Source: Chlamydiota bacterium (GTDB lineage Bacteria > Auribacterota > Tritonobacteria > UBA1439). Taken from it: a stretch of 64,000 nucleotides of DNA. The notes under the pieces are model-generated. The model was not told the origin of the DNA, ran no database searches, and saw only the letters and a program-made list of their open reading frames with translations. Shown here one piece after another: positions 27,897 through 36,059 of this stretch. Where the stretch lies: the NCBI GenBank assembly GCA_012729785.1, contig JAAYCL010000014.1, forward strand, positions 25,964 through 89,963. The letters are read 5' to 3'. The first letter of the stretch is position 1; every line of letters starts with the position of its first letter. The position numbers were made by a program, and so were the translations under genes.

Positions 27897-28844
27897 GTGG
27901 AACGGACGCTCGGCGACATCGGCGAGTTCGCCCTCATACGGGAGCTGAGGGGGCGGCTGTCCGCGGGGCCGGGGACGCTCGTCGGCATCGGGGACGATGC
28001 GGCCGTGCTCGAGCCGCCCGCCCCGGGGCGCGTCCTGCTCTTCACGACGGATATGCTCGTCGAGGGGACGCACTTCGACCTCGCCGCCGCCTCCCCGTAC
28101 CGGATCGGGTGGAAGGCGCTCGCCTGCAGTCTGAGCGACATCGCCGCGATGGGCGGCGTGCCGCGCGCCGCGGTCGTGTCGCTTGGCGCCCCCGGGGGGC
28201 TCGGCGTCGACTTCTGCCGCGAGCTGTACCGGGGTATGGACGAGGCCGCCCGGCGGTTCGACTGCGGGATCGCGGGGGGGGACACCGTCGGGAGCAGTCG
28301 CGGGCTCGCCGTGTCGGTGGCGATGCTCGGGGATGTGGAGCGGGAGCGGCTCGTCTTGCGCTCCGGCGCCCGCACCGGCGACGGCCTCTGGGTGACCGGG
28401 TGGCTGGGGGGATCGCTCGCGGGCAAACACCTCGCCTTCACGCCGCGGGTGCACGAGGCCCGTTTCCTCGTCGAGCGCTTCCCGGTAACGGCGATGATGG
28501 ATCTGAGCGACGGGCTCGGGAGCGACCTGTTCAGGATGGCGGAGGCGAGCGAGGCGGGGTTCCGGCTGTGCGCCGGCCGGATACCTGTCGACAGGGCGGC
28601 GATCGGGGATGCGGACGAGGAGACGCTCCTCCGGAGGGCGCTCTACGACGGGGAGGATTTCGAGCTGCTCGCGGCGGTGGCCCCCTCCGTCGACGACGCC
28701 GTCGTGAAGGAGGCGTTCGACGCGCGTTTCGACTGCGGGATCCGGCGGATCGGGACGGTGATGGGAAAGGCGCACGGCATCACGCTCTCGACGCCGGAGG
28801 GGGAGAGGCCCCTCATCGAGGGGGGGTTTGCACACCTCGCGTAG
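27897..28844 (+). CDS. thiL: Thiamine-phosphate kinase
   Basis: GEFALI, GIGDDAA, SDIAAMGG, DLSDGL, GEDFELL. Confidence 0.96.
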   Translation: MERTLGDIGEFALIRELRGRLSAGPGTLVGIGDDAAVLEPPAPGRVLLFTTDMLVEGTHFDLAAASPYRIGWKALACSLSDIAAMGGVPRAAVVSLGAPGGLGVDFCRELYRGMDEAARRFDCGIAGGDTVGSSRGLAVSVAMLGDVERERLVLRSGARTGDGLWVTGWLGGSLAGKHLAFTPRVHEARFLVERFPVTAMMDLSDGLGSDLFRMAEASEAGFRLCAGRIPVDRAAIGDADEETLLRRALYDGEDFELLAAVAPSVDDAVVKEAFDARFDCGIRRIGTVMGKAHGITLSTPEGERPLIEGGFAHLA

Positions 28845-28951
28845 ACGTTGTATATAACTCACGCCGCCGCAACGAGTTAATACTTTAATCGTCCCCGGTA
28901 CGTTTAAAGTTGTAATTCGTTCTCTGGGAGTATGATGGATACAACGTCTAC
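28841..28951 (+). repeat. 111-bp dyad-symmetric element, copy A
   Basis: Perfect 13-bp terminal IR GTAGACGTTGTAT / ATACAACGTCTAC; core TTTAATCGT-CCCCGGT-ACGTTTAAA at 28884-28908. Confidence 0.9.
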
Positions 28952-29402
28952 CTTATTTATCTCTTCGGGACCTGAAGAGACGCGGCGCATCGGGGCGCGC
29001 ATCGGCGCGCGCCTGAAGCCCGGCGCGGTGCTCGCGCTCCGCGGCGAACTCGGGGCGGGGAAGACCTGCTTCGTCCAGGGGCTCGCGGAGGGGCTCGGGA
29101 TCGTCCCGCCCGCGCGCGTGAGCAGCCCGTCGTTCGTCATCATCAACGAGTACCCGGCGCGCATCCCGCTCTTCCATTTCGACCTGTACCGCCTCCCCGA
29201 CGGGACTGAACTGGTCGAGCTGGGCTGGGAGGACTACCTCGAGCGCGGGGGGGTGATCGCGATCGAGTGGGCGGAGCGGATGGCGGCGCTTCTCCCGGAG
29301 GACCGCATCGATATCGAGATCGAGGTCACCGGCGAGAAGAGTCGCCGGATCACCGTGCGGGGGGCGCAGGCGGAAAGACTGGCCGCGGATGGAGGCGGCT
29401 GA
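28932..29402 (+). CDS. tsaE: tRNA t6A biosynthesis ATPase TsaE
   Basis: GELGAGKT, VSSPSF, HFDLYRL, IEWAE. Confidence 0.96.
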   Translation: MMDTTSTLFISSGPEETRRIGARIGARLKPGAVLALRGELGAGKTCFVQGLAEGLGIVPPARVSSPSFVIINEYPARIPLFHFDLYRLPDGTELVELGWEDYLERGGVIAIEWAERMAALLPEDRIDIEIEVTGEKSRRITVRGAQAERLAADGGG

Positions 29403-29503
29403 AGAGGGATCGCGCCGCGAAGGGAACGGGAAACCGCTGGACGCGGATGCGCGCGGCGTGAACGGCTGTTCTTCTCCGTCTTTTCTGTGGAGGCGATGAA
29501 CGC

Positions 29504-30262
29504 ATGAATATCCTCGGGCTCGAGGCATCCACGCGCAGGGCGAGCATCGCCGTCGTCCGGAGCGGGGGGGCGCCGGCGGAGACGGTGCTCCCGGACGACC
29601 GGAGCGCCTCCGCGCAGCTCGTCCCGGCGCTCGACGGGCTGTTGAAGAAGTGCGGGCTGGCGGCGGGCGACCTCGACGGCATCGCCGTCGGGATCGGACC
29701 GGGTTCGTTCACCGGGATCAGGATCTGCCTCGCGACCGCACGCGGGTTCTCCGCCGCCCGCGGGACGCCGATCAGGGGCGTCTGCGGTTTCGACGCGCTC
29801 GTCGCCGAATATTTCGAACCGGCCGGCGCGAGGGAAGACGGGATCCCGTCTCCGCCCTTCTCCCCCGGAGGGGGAGGGGCGGGGAGCGAGAGGGGGGCGG
29901 AGCGCCTGTGCGTCGTCGCCGACGCGCACAGTCACGGGCTCTACGCGGCGGTCTACGCGCGGGACGGCGGAAAGTACCGGCGCGCGCAGGAGCCGTTCGT
30001 CTGCCGGCCCGACGCCCTCCCCGGGAGGATCGAGGGGGAGGTCTTCTTCCTCGGGCCGCACCTCGACAGGTTCAGGGAACCCCTCGCGAAACTCTTCGCC
30101 GGGCGTGCCTCGTTCGATACAGAGAACCGCTTCCCGTCCGCGACGGCCGCCGCGCTCCTGTTCGAGAGCCCCTCGGCCGTCCGCGACGATCCCCCCGGCG
30201 CGGTCGCCCCGCTCTATCTTCTCCCGGGCGTCCGCGTGAAACCGGCCGGCGGCAGGGCGTAA
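29504..30262 (+). CDS. tsaB: tRNA t6A biosynthesis protein TsaB
   Basis: MNILGLEAST, GPGSFTGIRI, PLYL; follows tsaE. Confidence 0.92.
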   Translation: MNILGLEASTRRASIAVVRSGGAPAETVLPDDRSASAQLVPALDGLLKKCGLAAGDLDGIAVGIGPGSFTGIRICLATARGFSAARGTPIRGVCGFDALVAEYFEPAGAREDGIPSPPFSPGGGGAGSERGAERLCVVADAHSHGLYAAVYARDGGKYRRAQEPFVCRPDALPGRIEGEVFFLGPHLDRFREPLAKLFAGRASFDTENRFPSATAAALLFESPSAVRDDPPGAVAPLYLLPGVRVKPAGGRA

Positions 30263-30392
30263 CGCGCGAAGCTGCGGTGCGGGCATCCGAACGGCATCGA
30301 CCGCGGCGGCAATCCAGGGTCAGGCCTTTACTCTTTACAGAGCATTCAACCGGCAAGACCCGACTGGTCGGACACAAGCGGCCGGGAAGGGA

Positions 30393-30469
30393 TGGTGGGC
30401 GATGCAGGACTTGAACCTGCGACCTCTTGGGTGTGATCCAAGCGCTCTAGCCAGCTGAGCTAATCGCCC
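30393..30469 (-). tRNA. tRNA-Val(CAC)
   Basis: 77-nt cloverleaf GGGCGAT...ATCGCCC-ACCA; anticodon arm CTTGG-ATCACAC-CCAAG; T loop TTCAAGT. Confidence 0.95.
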
Positions 30470-30565
30470 CCCGAGGATGTCCTCAGTATACCAGTTCCAT
30501 CCCGCCTGTAAACCATCTTCCGCCCCGTCCTGGATTTCGCTATACTGTGATAAAGGGGATACCCA

Positions 30566-31348
30566 ATGCACCAGCTTCAACGCGATATCGCGCGGCTCCT
30601 CGTTGTGCAGGAGCGGGAGCGCGAGCTTATGGCCCTCGAGAAGGAGAAGGCGGCGCTCCCGGAAGCGCTCGAGGGAGCGAAGGCGGCCGTCAAAGAGGCG
30701 GAGGGGGAGGTCGAGCGGCGCAAGGGCGAGCTCAAGGCTCTCCAGATGAAGAAGAAGGAGCTCGAACTCGAGTCCTCGGCGAAGCTCGAGGCGGTCGCCA
30801 AGTACCAGAAGCAGCAGTTCGACGTCAAGACCAACGCGGAATACCAGGCGCTCCAGAAGGAGATCGTCAACCGCCAGATCGAGAACTCCCGGATCGAGGA
30901 CAGGATCCTCGAGACGATGCTGGAGATCGAGGAGCGCGAGGGGACGATACGGGCGGGCGAAGAGGACGTGAAGGCCAGGGGGCACGATCTTGCCGCGCAG
31001 GAGAGGAACACCGCGGAGAAGGGGACGCGGATCGAGGCGAGGATCGCCGCGCTCAAGGCCGAGCGAGACGCCCTCCTCCCCGGGATAGACGAGGCCGTGC
31101 TCCGCAGGTACCAGCGGATCTTTCGGAACAAGAGGGACATGGCGGTCGTGCCGCTCGCCGGCTACGTCTGCGGCGGGTGCCATATGCACCTGCCTCCGCA
31201 GATCGCGCACCTCGTGCGCAAGGGCGACGAGCTGGTGATCTGCGAGAGCTGCTCGCGAATCCTCTACTGGGCGGAAGGGCTCGTGGACAAGGAGCCCGCC
31301 GCCGGACCGTCCCCGGAACCGGCGCCGGGGATCGTCGGGCAGGCATAG
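30566..31348 (+). CDS. Coiled-coil protein with C4 zinc ribbon (COG1579/DUF164)
   Basis: Long coiled coil, CGGCHM...CESCSRILY; directly upstream of rnpB. Confidence 0.9.
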   Translation: MHQLQRDIARLLVVQERERELMALEKEKAALPEALEGAKAAVKEAEGEVERRKGELKALQMKKKELELESSAKLEAVAKYQKQQFDVKTNAEYQALQKEIVNRQIENSRIEDRILETMLEIEEREGTIRAGEEDVKARGHDLAAQERNTAEKGTRIEARIAALKAERDALLPGIDEAVLRRYQRIFRNKRDMAVVPLAGYVCGGCHMHLPPQIAHLVRKGDELVICESCSRILYWAEGLVDKEPAAGPSPEPAPGIVGQA

Positions 31349-31480
31349 GCGACGGCTTCCGCGGGATAGGTGCATGCCGCGGAGCGGGGGCGGCCCTGAT
31401 TCTCGAGGGGGAACGGCCGGCGGGGGTTCCCTCGGCGCCCCGGACCTTTCCGCATCGATCTTTCAGCTCTTTCTCACTGT

Positions 31481-31894
31481 TCAGGGCGGGCCGGGCGGCC
31501 GCGCCGGGCGCGAAAGCGCCCGGCGAGGAAAGTCCGGACACCACAGGGCGGCGCACCTCGATAACATCGGGGCGGTCGGGGACCCGCAAGGGCCTCCGGC
31601 AAGGACCAGTGCCACAGAGACGCCCTGCCATCGGGCAGGGCGCCCCGCCTTCATGGCGGGGCGAGTCCTCCGGCAACGGAGGGGTGAAACGAGGCAAACT
31701 CTGCGCGGTGCAAGGCCAAATAGGGGGCGAGGAGCTGCCCGCTCCGATCCCGCAAGGGGACAGCCCCGGGTAGGCCGCTTGAGCCGCGGAGCAATCCGCG
31801 GCCCAGAGGAATGGCCGCCGTCCGGTGCGCAAGTGCGGGTGCATTCCCCACTCGGGCACAGGGATACAGAATCCGGCTTATAGGCCCGCCCTGA
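31481..31894 (+). ncRNA. rnpB: RNase P RNA
   Basis: GAGGAAAGTCCGG, AGTGCCACAG, ACAGAATCCGGCTTA; P1 TCAGGGCGGGCC / GGCCCGCCCTGA. Confidence 0.95.
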
Positions 31895-32324
31895 CAGTGC
31901 TTGAATTTCCGTATCCGCGCGGCCGTCCGGCGCGCGGCGGCGTGGATCGGGATGGACAGGAACCGGGCGAACGGCCTGTGCATCCGGATCGGATGGGCAC
32001 TGCCCCCGCGGTGCGTATCCGTTCGACGAGGCGGGGCGCGTGAGCCCGCTCGCCGGCGCCCCGTTCGCCGGCTCGAGCTGATGCGCGGGGGCGCGGCGTC
32101 ATCCGCCTCGTTCCGCACGCGCGGTGCATCGCCCTCCTCACTGAAACGATCGACGCCGCACCCGCACCCCGCGGGGGGCGCAGGCGTCGCGCGACATATT
32201 CCTCCTCCCCGAGCGCCGGCGGGAGCCGCAGCGTGCCGGTTTCGCGCCACTTTTTCCTGCCTCGAAATCAAGCGGGTGCGGTAGAATACCGCGGGATGCG
32301 GGACGAACGACAGGGGGGATCGGC

Positions 32325-32642
32325 ATGAAGCGTCTGTTGTGCGCGGCGTTTCTGTCGCTGCTGTGCGGCTGTTCGGCCGTCGGCTGGCGGGCCGGCGACC
32401 AAGGGGCGGCGCCGTGCATCGCGCAGCCGGAGGCGGTCGCCCTGGCCAAACGGGAGATACGGAAGCGAAACGCGGATGCGTGGGGGATACGCTCCCAGGC
32501 GGAGTTCCGGGACGGCAGGTGGACCGTCACGTCGCGGTTCACCGTACCGGCGGACCTGCTCGGGCTGTTCCAGGAGGAGCGGCGGTGCGCCGTCGTCGTG
32601 GACTGCGACGGCAGGGTTCTCTCGCACCGCTCCCTTCCGTAG
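32325..32642 (+). CDS. Putative lipoprotein
   Basis: MKRLLCAAFLSLLCGC lipobox. Confidence 0.65.
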   Translation: MKRLLCAAFLSLLCGCSAVGWRAGDQGAAPCIAQPEAVALAKREIRKRNADAWGIRSQAEFRDGRWTVTSRFTVPADLLGLFQEERRCAVVVDCDGRVLSHRSLP

Positions 32643-32681
32643 GCCCGCGGCGCATGTCAGGCATGGGACGGGGGAACGGCG

Positions 32682-33089
32682 ATGCCAGCGAAGAGGATAC
32701 TGGTGGCGGATGACGATGAGGCGGTGCGGGACTATTTCGGCCGTCTCTTTCCCGCGCCGGAGTACGAGCTGCACGGCGCCGCCGGGGGCCTGGAGGCACT
32801 CGAGAGGATCGCGGCGGACGGCTTCGATATGCTGATCCTCGACCTGGTGATGCCCGATATGGACGGGTTGGAGGTGCTCAGGAGGGTGCGCGAGATCCGC
32901 CCGGATATCCTTGTGTTCGTCGTCACCGGCTATCCGTCCGAGGAGACGACGAAGGAAGCGGTCGCCCGCGGGTGCGTGGACTACGTCCACAAGCCGTTCG
33001 ATGCCGAGGAGATCAGGGGCCTGGTGCGCGGCGCGTTCGACGCGCAGGAGTACCGTTTCCGCCACGCGCGTTCGTCCGCGCCGGACTGA
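32682..33089 (+). CDS. Single-domain response regulator (receiver)
   Basis: ILVADDD, LDLVMPDMDG, VTGY, KPF. Confidence 0.92.
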   Translation: MPAKRILVADDDEAVRDYFGRLFPAPEYELHGAAGGLEALERIAADGFDMLILDLVMPDMDGLEVLRRVREIRPDILVFVVTGYPSEETTKEAVARGCVDYVHKPFDAEEIRGLVRGAFDAQEYRFRHARSSAPD

Positions 33090-33196
33090 TCCTTCCTTTT
33101 CCCGGCGATGATTCCGCTTGCAGGCGCGGGGCAAAGGTCATACCATTCCCCCCGTTCAGGATCCCGGACCAGCGCGTTCCGTCATGGAGGAGTGAA

Positions 33197-34198
33197 TTGA
33201 GTCGCACGCCCCGGTTCGTCCCGCGCAACTTCTGCGGCCTCCCCCCGGCGTACTCCTCGTGGGACTCCGCGCGCGCGGTCATCATCCCCGTCCCGTACGA
33301 CCTCACCTCCACGTACGTGTCGGGATCGCGGAGCGGCCCCGACGCGATCATCGGCGCCTCGATGAATATGGAGCATTTCGACGAGGAGCTGCGCGTCGAG
33401 ACGTTCCGCATCGGCATCCACACCCAGGACCGGCTCGAGCCGACCGCCTCCTCCCCGGACGATATGATCGCTGCGGTGGAGCGCGCCGTGGGGAGGGTCG
33501 CGGCCGCGGGGAAGCTCCCGGTGACGCTCGGCGGCGAACATTCGATCACCACCGGGGCGCTCCGCGCGCTGAAGCGGCGGCACCGGAAACTCTCGATCCT
33601 CCAGCTCGACGCGCACGCCGACCTCCGCGACGCGTACCAGGGCACGCGCCAGAGCCACGCCTGCGCGGGCAGGAGGGCCGCGGAGATGGGAACGCTGGTT
33701 CAGGCGGGGATACGGAGCCTGAGCGCCGAGGAGGAGCGGTTCCGCCTGGGTTCCGACGTTGCCACCTTCTTCGCGGCGGATATCGCCGAGGGGCGCGTCT
33801 CCGCGCAGGAGATCGTCGCGGGGCTGGGGGAGGAGCTGTACATCACCGTCGACCTCGATGCGCTCGACCCGTCCGTCATGCCCGCCACGGGCACGCCGGA
33901 GCCGGGCGGGCTCGGCTGGTACCAGCTGCTGGGGATCCTCAGGGCGGCCTGCGCGGGACGGCGCGTCGTCGGCTTCGACGTGGTGGAACTCTGCCCCATC
34001 CCGGGCAATGTGGCGCCCGATTTCCTCGCCGCCAAGCTCGTCTACCGGATGCTGGGGTACGTCTTTGCCGACCTGCTGGGAAGGGGTGGGAGCGCGCGGA
34101 GGACGCGGAAAACACCGGATGCGGGGCACACGCGCGCACCGGGGGAGACGAAAGGCGGGGGGCGGCATCTCCGGCGGCGCCGCTCCGACGGCGCATGA
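33197..34198 (+). CDS. speB: Agmatinase
   Basis: GGEHSIT, DAHADLR, DLDALDPS..PATGTPEPGG; TTG start after GGAGG. Confidence 0.93.
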   Translation: MSRTPRFVPRNFCGLPPAYSSWDSARAVIIPVPYDLTSTYVSGSRSGPDAIIGASMNMEHFDEELRVETFRIGIHTQDRLEPTASSPDDMIAAVERAVGRVAAAGKLPVTLGGEHSITTGALRALKRRHRKLSILQLDAHADLRDAYQGTRQSHACAGRRAAEMGTLVQAGIRSLSAEEERFRLGSDVATFFAADIAEGRVSAQEIVAGLGEELYITVDLDALDPSVMPATGTPEPGGLGWYQLLGILRAACAGRRVVGFDVVELCPIPGNVAPDFLAAKLVYRMLGYVFADLLGRGGSARRTRKTPDAGHTRAPGETKGGGRHLRRRRSDGA

Positions 34199-34270
34199 AC
34201 GCCGTTTCGCCCCGAACACGCGCTTTGCGTGGCAGCTGTATGGCGGCGAACGCGAAAGGGAGGGATGATT

Positions 34271-34816
34271 ATGCTGTTCGTGCCCAAGCGTGTCTTCTTC
34301 ACTAACGGGGTCGGGACGCACAAGAGGGAGCTGCGCTCGTTCGAGTTGGCGCTACGCGACGCCGGGATCGAGCGGTGCAACCTCGTGACCGTCTCGAGCA
34401 TCCTTCCGCCCGACTGCAAGATCATCTCGCGGGCGCGCGGCCTCAAGGAGCTCGTCCCCGGGATGATCACCTTCACCGTTTTGGCGCGCTGCTCGTCGAA
34501 CGAGCCCCACCGCCTCCTTTCGGCGAGCGTCGGCTGCGCGGTCCCGTCGAAGGGGTTCTACGGCTACCTGAGCGAGTATCACACCTTCGGGGAGAATGAG
34601 AAACAGGCCGGGGACAACGCGGAGGATATGGCTGCGGCGATGCTCGCGAGCACGCTCGGCATCGACTTCGACGAGGACAGGAGCTGGGACGAGCAGAAGT
34701 CCGTCTACCGGATCCAGAACAAGGTGGTGCGCGCGATGAACGTCACGCAGTCCGCGGTCGTCACCCCGTCGGGCAACTACACCACCGTGCTCGCCGCCGC
34801 CGTGTTCCTGTTCTGA
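34271..34816 (+). CDS. pdaD: Pyruvoyl-dependent arginine decarboxylase
   Basis: SFELALRDAGI, NLVTVSSILPP, GYLSEYH; next to agmatinase. Confidence 0.93.
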   Translation: MLFVPKRVFFTNGVGTHKRELRSFELALRDAGIERCNLVTVSSILPPDCKIISRARGLKELVPGMITFTVLARCSSNEPHRLLSASVGCAVPSKGFYGYLSEYHTFGENEKQAGDNAEDMAAAMLASTLGIDFDEDRSWDEQKSVYRIQNKVVRAMNVTQSAVVTPSGNYTTVLAAAVFLF

Positions 34817-34842
34817 CCTCGGCATCGAGGAGGCGCCGCGCC

Positions 34843-35262
34843 GTGTCCCTCTTTCCCGTCTCGCCGGGGAAGGAGCGCGCCCTCTCCGCCCTGATGCGCC
34901 GTCTCGGCATCCGGGAGGAGGACCTCGAGGAGGAGTTCATCCGCTCCTCCGGCCCCGGGGGGCAGCGCCTCAACAAGGCCTCGACCTGCGTCCGGCTGCT
35001 CCACCGCCCCAGCGGCGTCTCCGTGAAGTGCTCCGAGGAGCGCTCGCGTTCCCTCAACCGCTACCTCGCCAGGAAGCGCCTCGCCGCGCGCATCGAGAAG
35101 ATCCGCCTGGGGCGCGCGAGCGCCGCGGAGCAGGAGCGGCAGCGGCAGCGGCGCCGGAAGCGTCGGCGGTCGCGCCGGGCGAAGGCGCGGATGCTGGAGG
35201 AGAAGCGCAAACACGCGGAGAAGAAGGCGCTGCGGAGACCCGCCGGGTACGCCGACGCGTGA
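34843..35262 (+). CDS. Peptide chain release factor-like protein (ArfB-like ribosome rescue factor)
   Basis: FIRSSGPGGQRLNK (GGQ) plus basic C-terminal tail. Confidence 0.85.
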   Translation: MSLFPVSPGKERALSALMRRLGIREEDLEEEFIRSSGPGGQRLNKASTCVRLLHRPSGVSVKCSEERSRSLNRYLARKRLAARIEKIRLGRASAAEQERQRQRRRKRRRSRRAKARMLEEKRKHAEKKALRRPAGYADA

Positions 35263-35288
35263 CGGCCGCCTTTCGGCGGCCGCGCCGT

Positions 35289-35984
35289 TCAGCCGATCGA
35301 GAACCCCTCCCTCTCCAGTCTCCTCCGCGTCGCGGGCAGCGAATGCAGCGCGGAGAGGAGGAGGGCGTAGAGTCCCGCCAGGGCGATCCAGAACAGCCAC
35401 CCCGGAACCGTGGAAAAGCCCGACTGCTCCCAGAGTTGGCGAAGCGTGCCCACGGGGGCGGGGTAGGTGGCGACGCGCGCTACCCAGGCGAGCGTGAGGA
35501 TGAGGAAGATCCAGATGTAGGTCCTGCGGAGGCGCAGCGTCAGGGCGCCGCGGAAAGCCAGGGGACGGTGGGGGCGGAGGAGGTCCTCGGCGAGGCGCAC
35601 CCGCCACTCGCCGCGCTGGGCGGCCGCATTCCCGAGGAGGACCTTGGCGTAATACTCCTTCTCGATGAGACGCACGCGCCAGTCGATCGAGAGGTAGTAG
35701 CTGTAACGGCGCGCCTCGATCATCAAGAACATCAGGATGAAGAAATGGGCGACGAAGAGGATCATGTGGCGGTTGCCGCCGCCCACGATGCCGAAGCTCA
35801 ACATCCCCGCGGTGGCGGCGACCGCCCAGTCGGTGGTGTTGTCCACGATGTTCCGCCATGCGTTCGAGCGGGTCACCGTGGCGCGGTAGTAGTGCACGAC
35901 GGCGCCGGTCTGCAGCATCTGTTCGGGGTGGTCGAGGATATCAAGCGGTGCGGCGGCCGGATCCATCCCTGCGGATCCTCCCAT
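35289..35984 (-). CDS. DUF2270-like membrane protein (start uncertain)
   Basis: VHYYRA...WR...DNTTDWAV, IEARRY, RLRRTYIW. Confidence 0.8.
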   Translation of the reverse strand: MGGSAGMDPAAAPLDILDHPEQMLQTGAVVHYYRATVTRSNAWRNIVDNTTDWAVAATAGMLSFGIVGGGNRHMILFVAHFFILMFLMIEARRYSYYLSIDWRVRLIEKEYYAKVLLGNAAAQRGEWRVRLAEDLLRPHRPLAFRGALTLRLRRTYIWIFLILTLAWVARVATYPAPVGTLRQLWEQSGFSTVPGWLFWIALAGLYALLLSALHSLPATRRRLEREGFSIG

Positions 35985-36022
35985 CCGGGGGGGCCGGCGG
36001 AACGCGGCGCCCCGTGAAAGAT

Positions 36023-36050
36023 CCCCCTCCCCCGCGGACGGGGGAGGGGG
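36023..36050 (-). terminator. Rho-independent terminator-like hairpin
   Basis: 12-bp stem CCCCCTCCCCCG / CGGGGGAGGGGG followed by ATCTTT on the minus strand, just past the stop at 36060. Confidence 0.6.
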
Positions 36051-36059
36051 CGAGCGCGG

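Noticed and set aside
28884-28908. Core of the 111-bp element as a canonical dif or parS site
   Set aside because: It does not match the 11-6-11 dif consensus (no TTATGTTAAAT arm) or parS TGTTTCACGTGAAACA.
30262-30392. Possible island integration at the tRNA-Val 3' end
   Set aside because: No duplicated tRNA 3' end and no integrase in the window.
31900-32320. GC-rich gap of about 420 bp after rnpB with several short ORFs
   Set aside because: No convincing RBS, protein motif or recognisable RNA structure.
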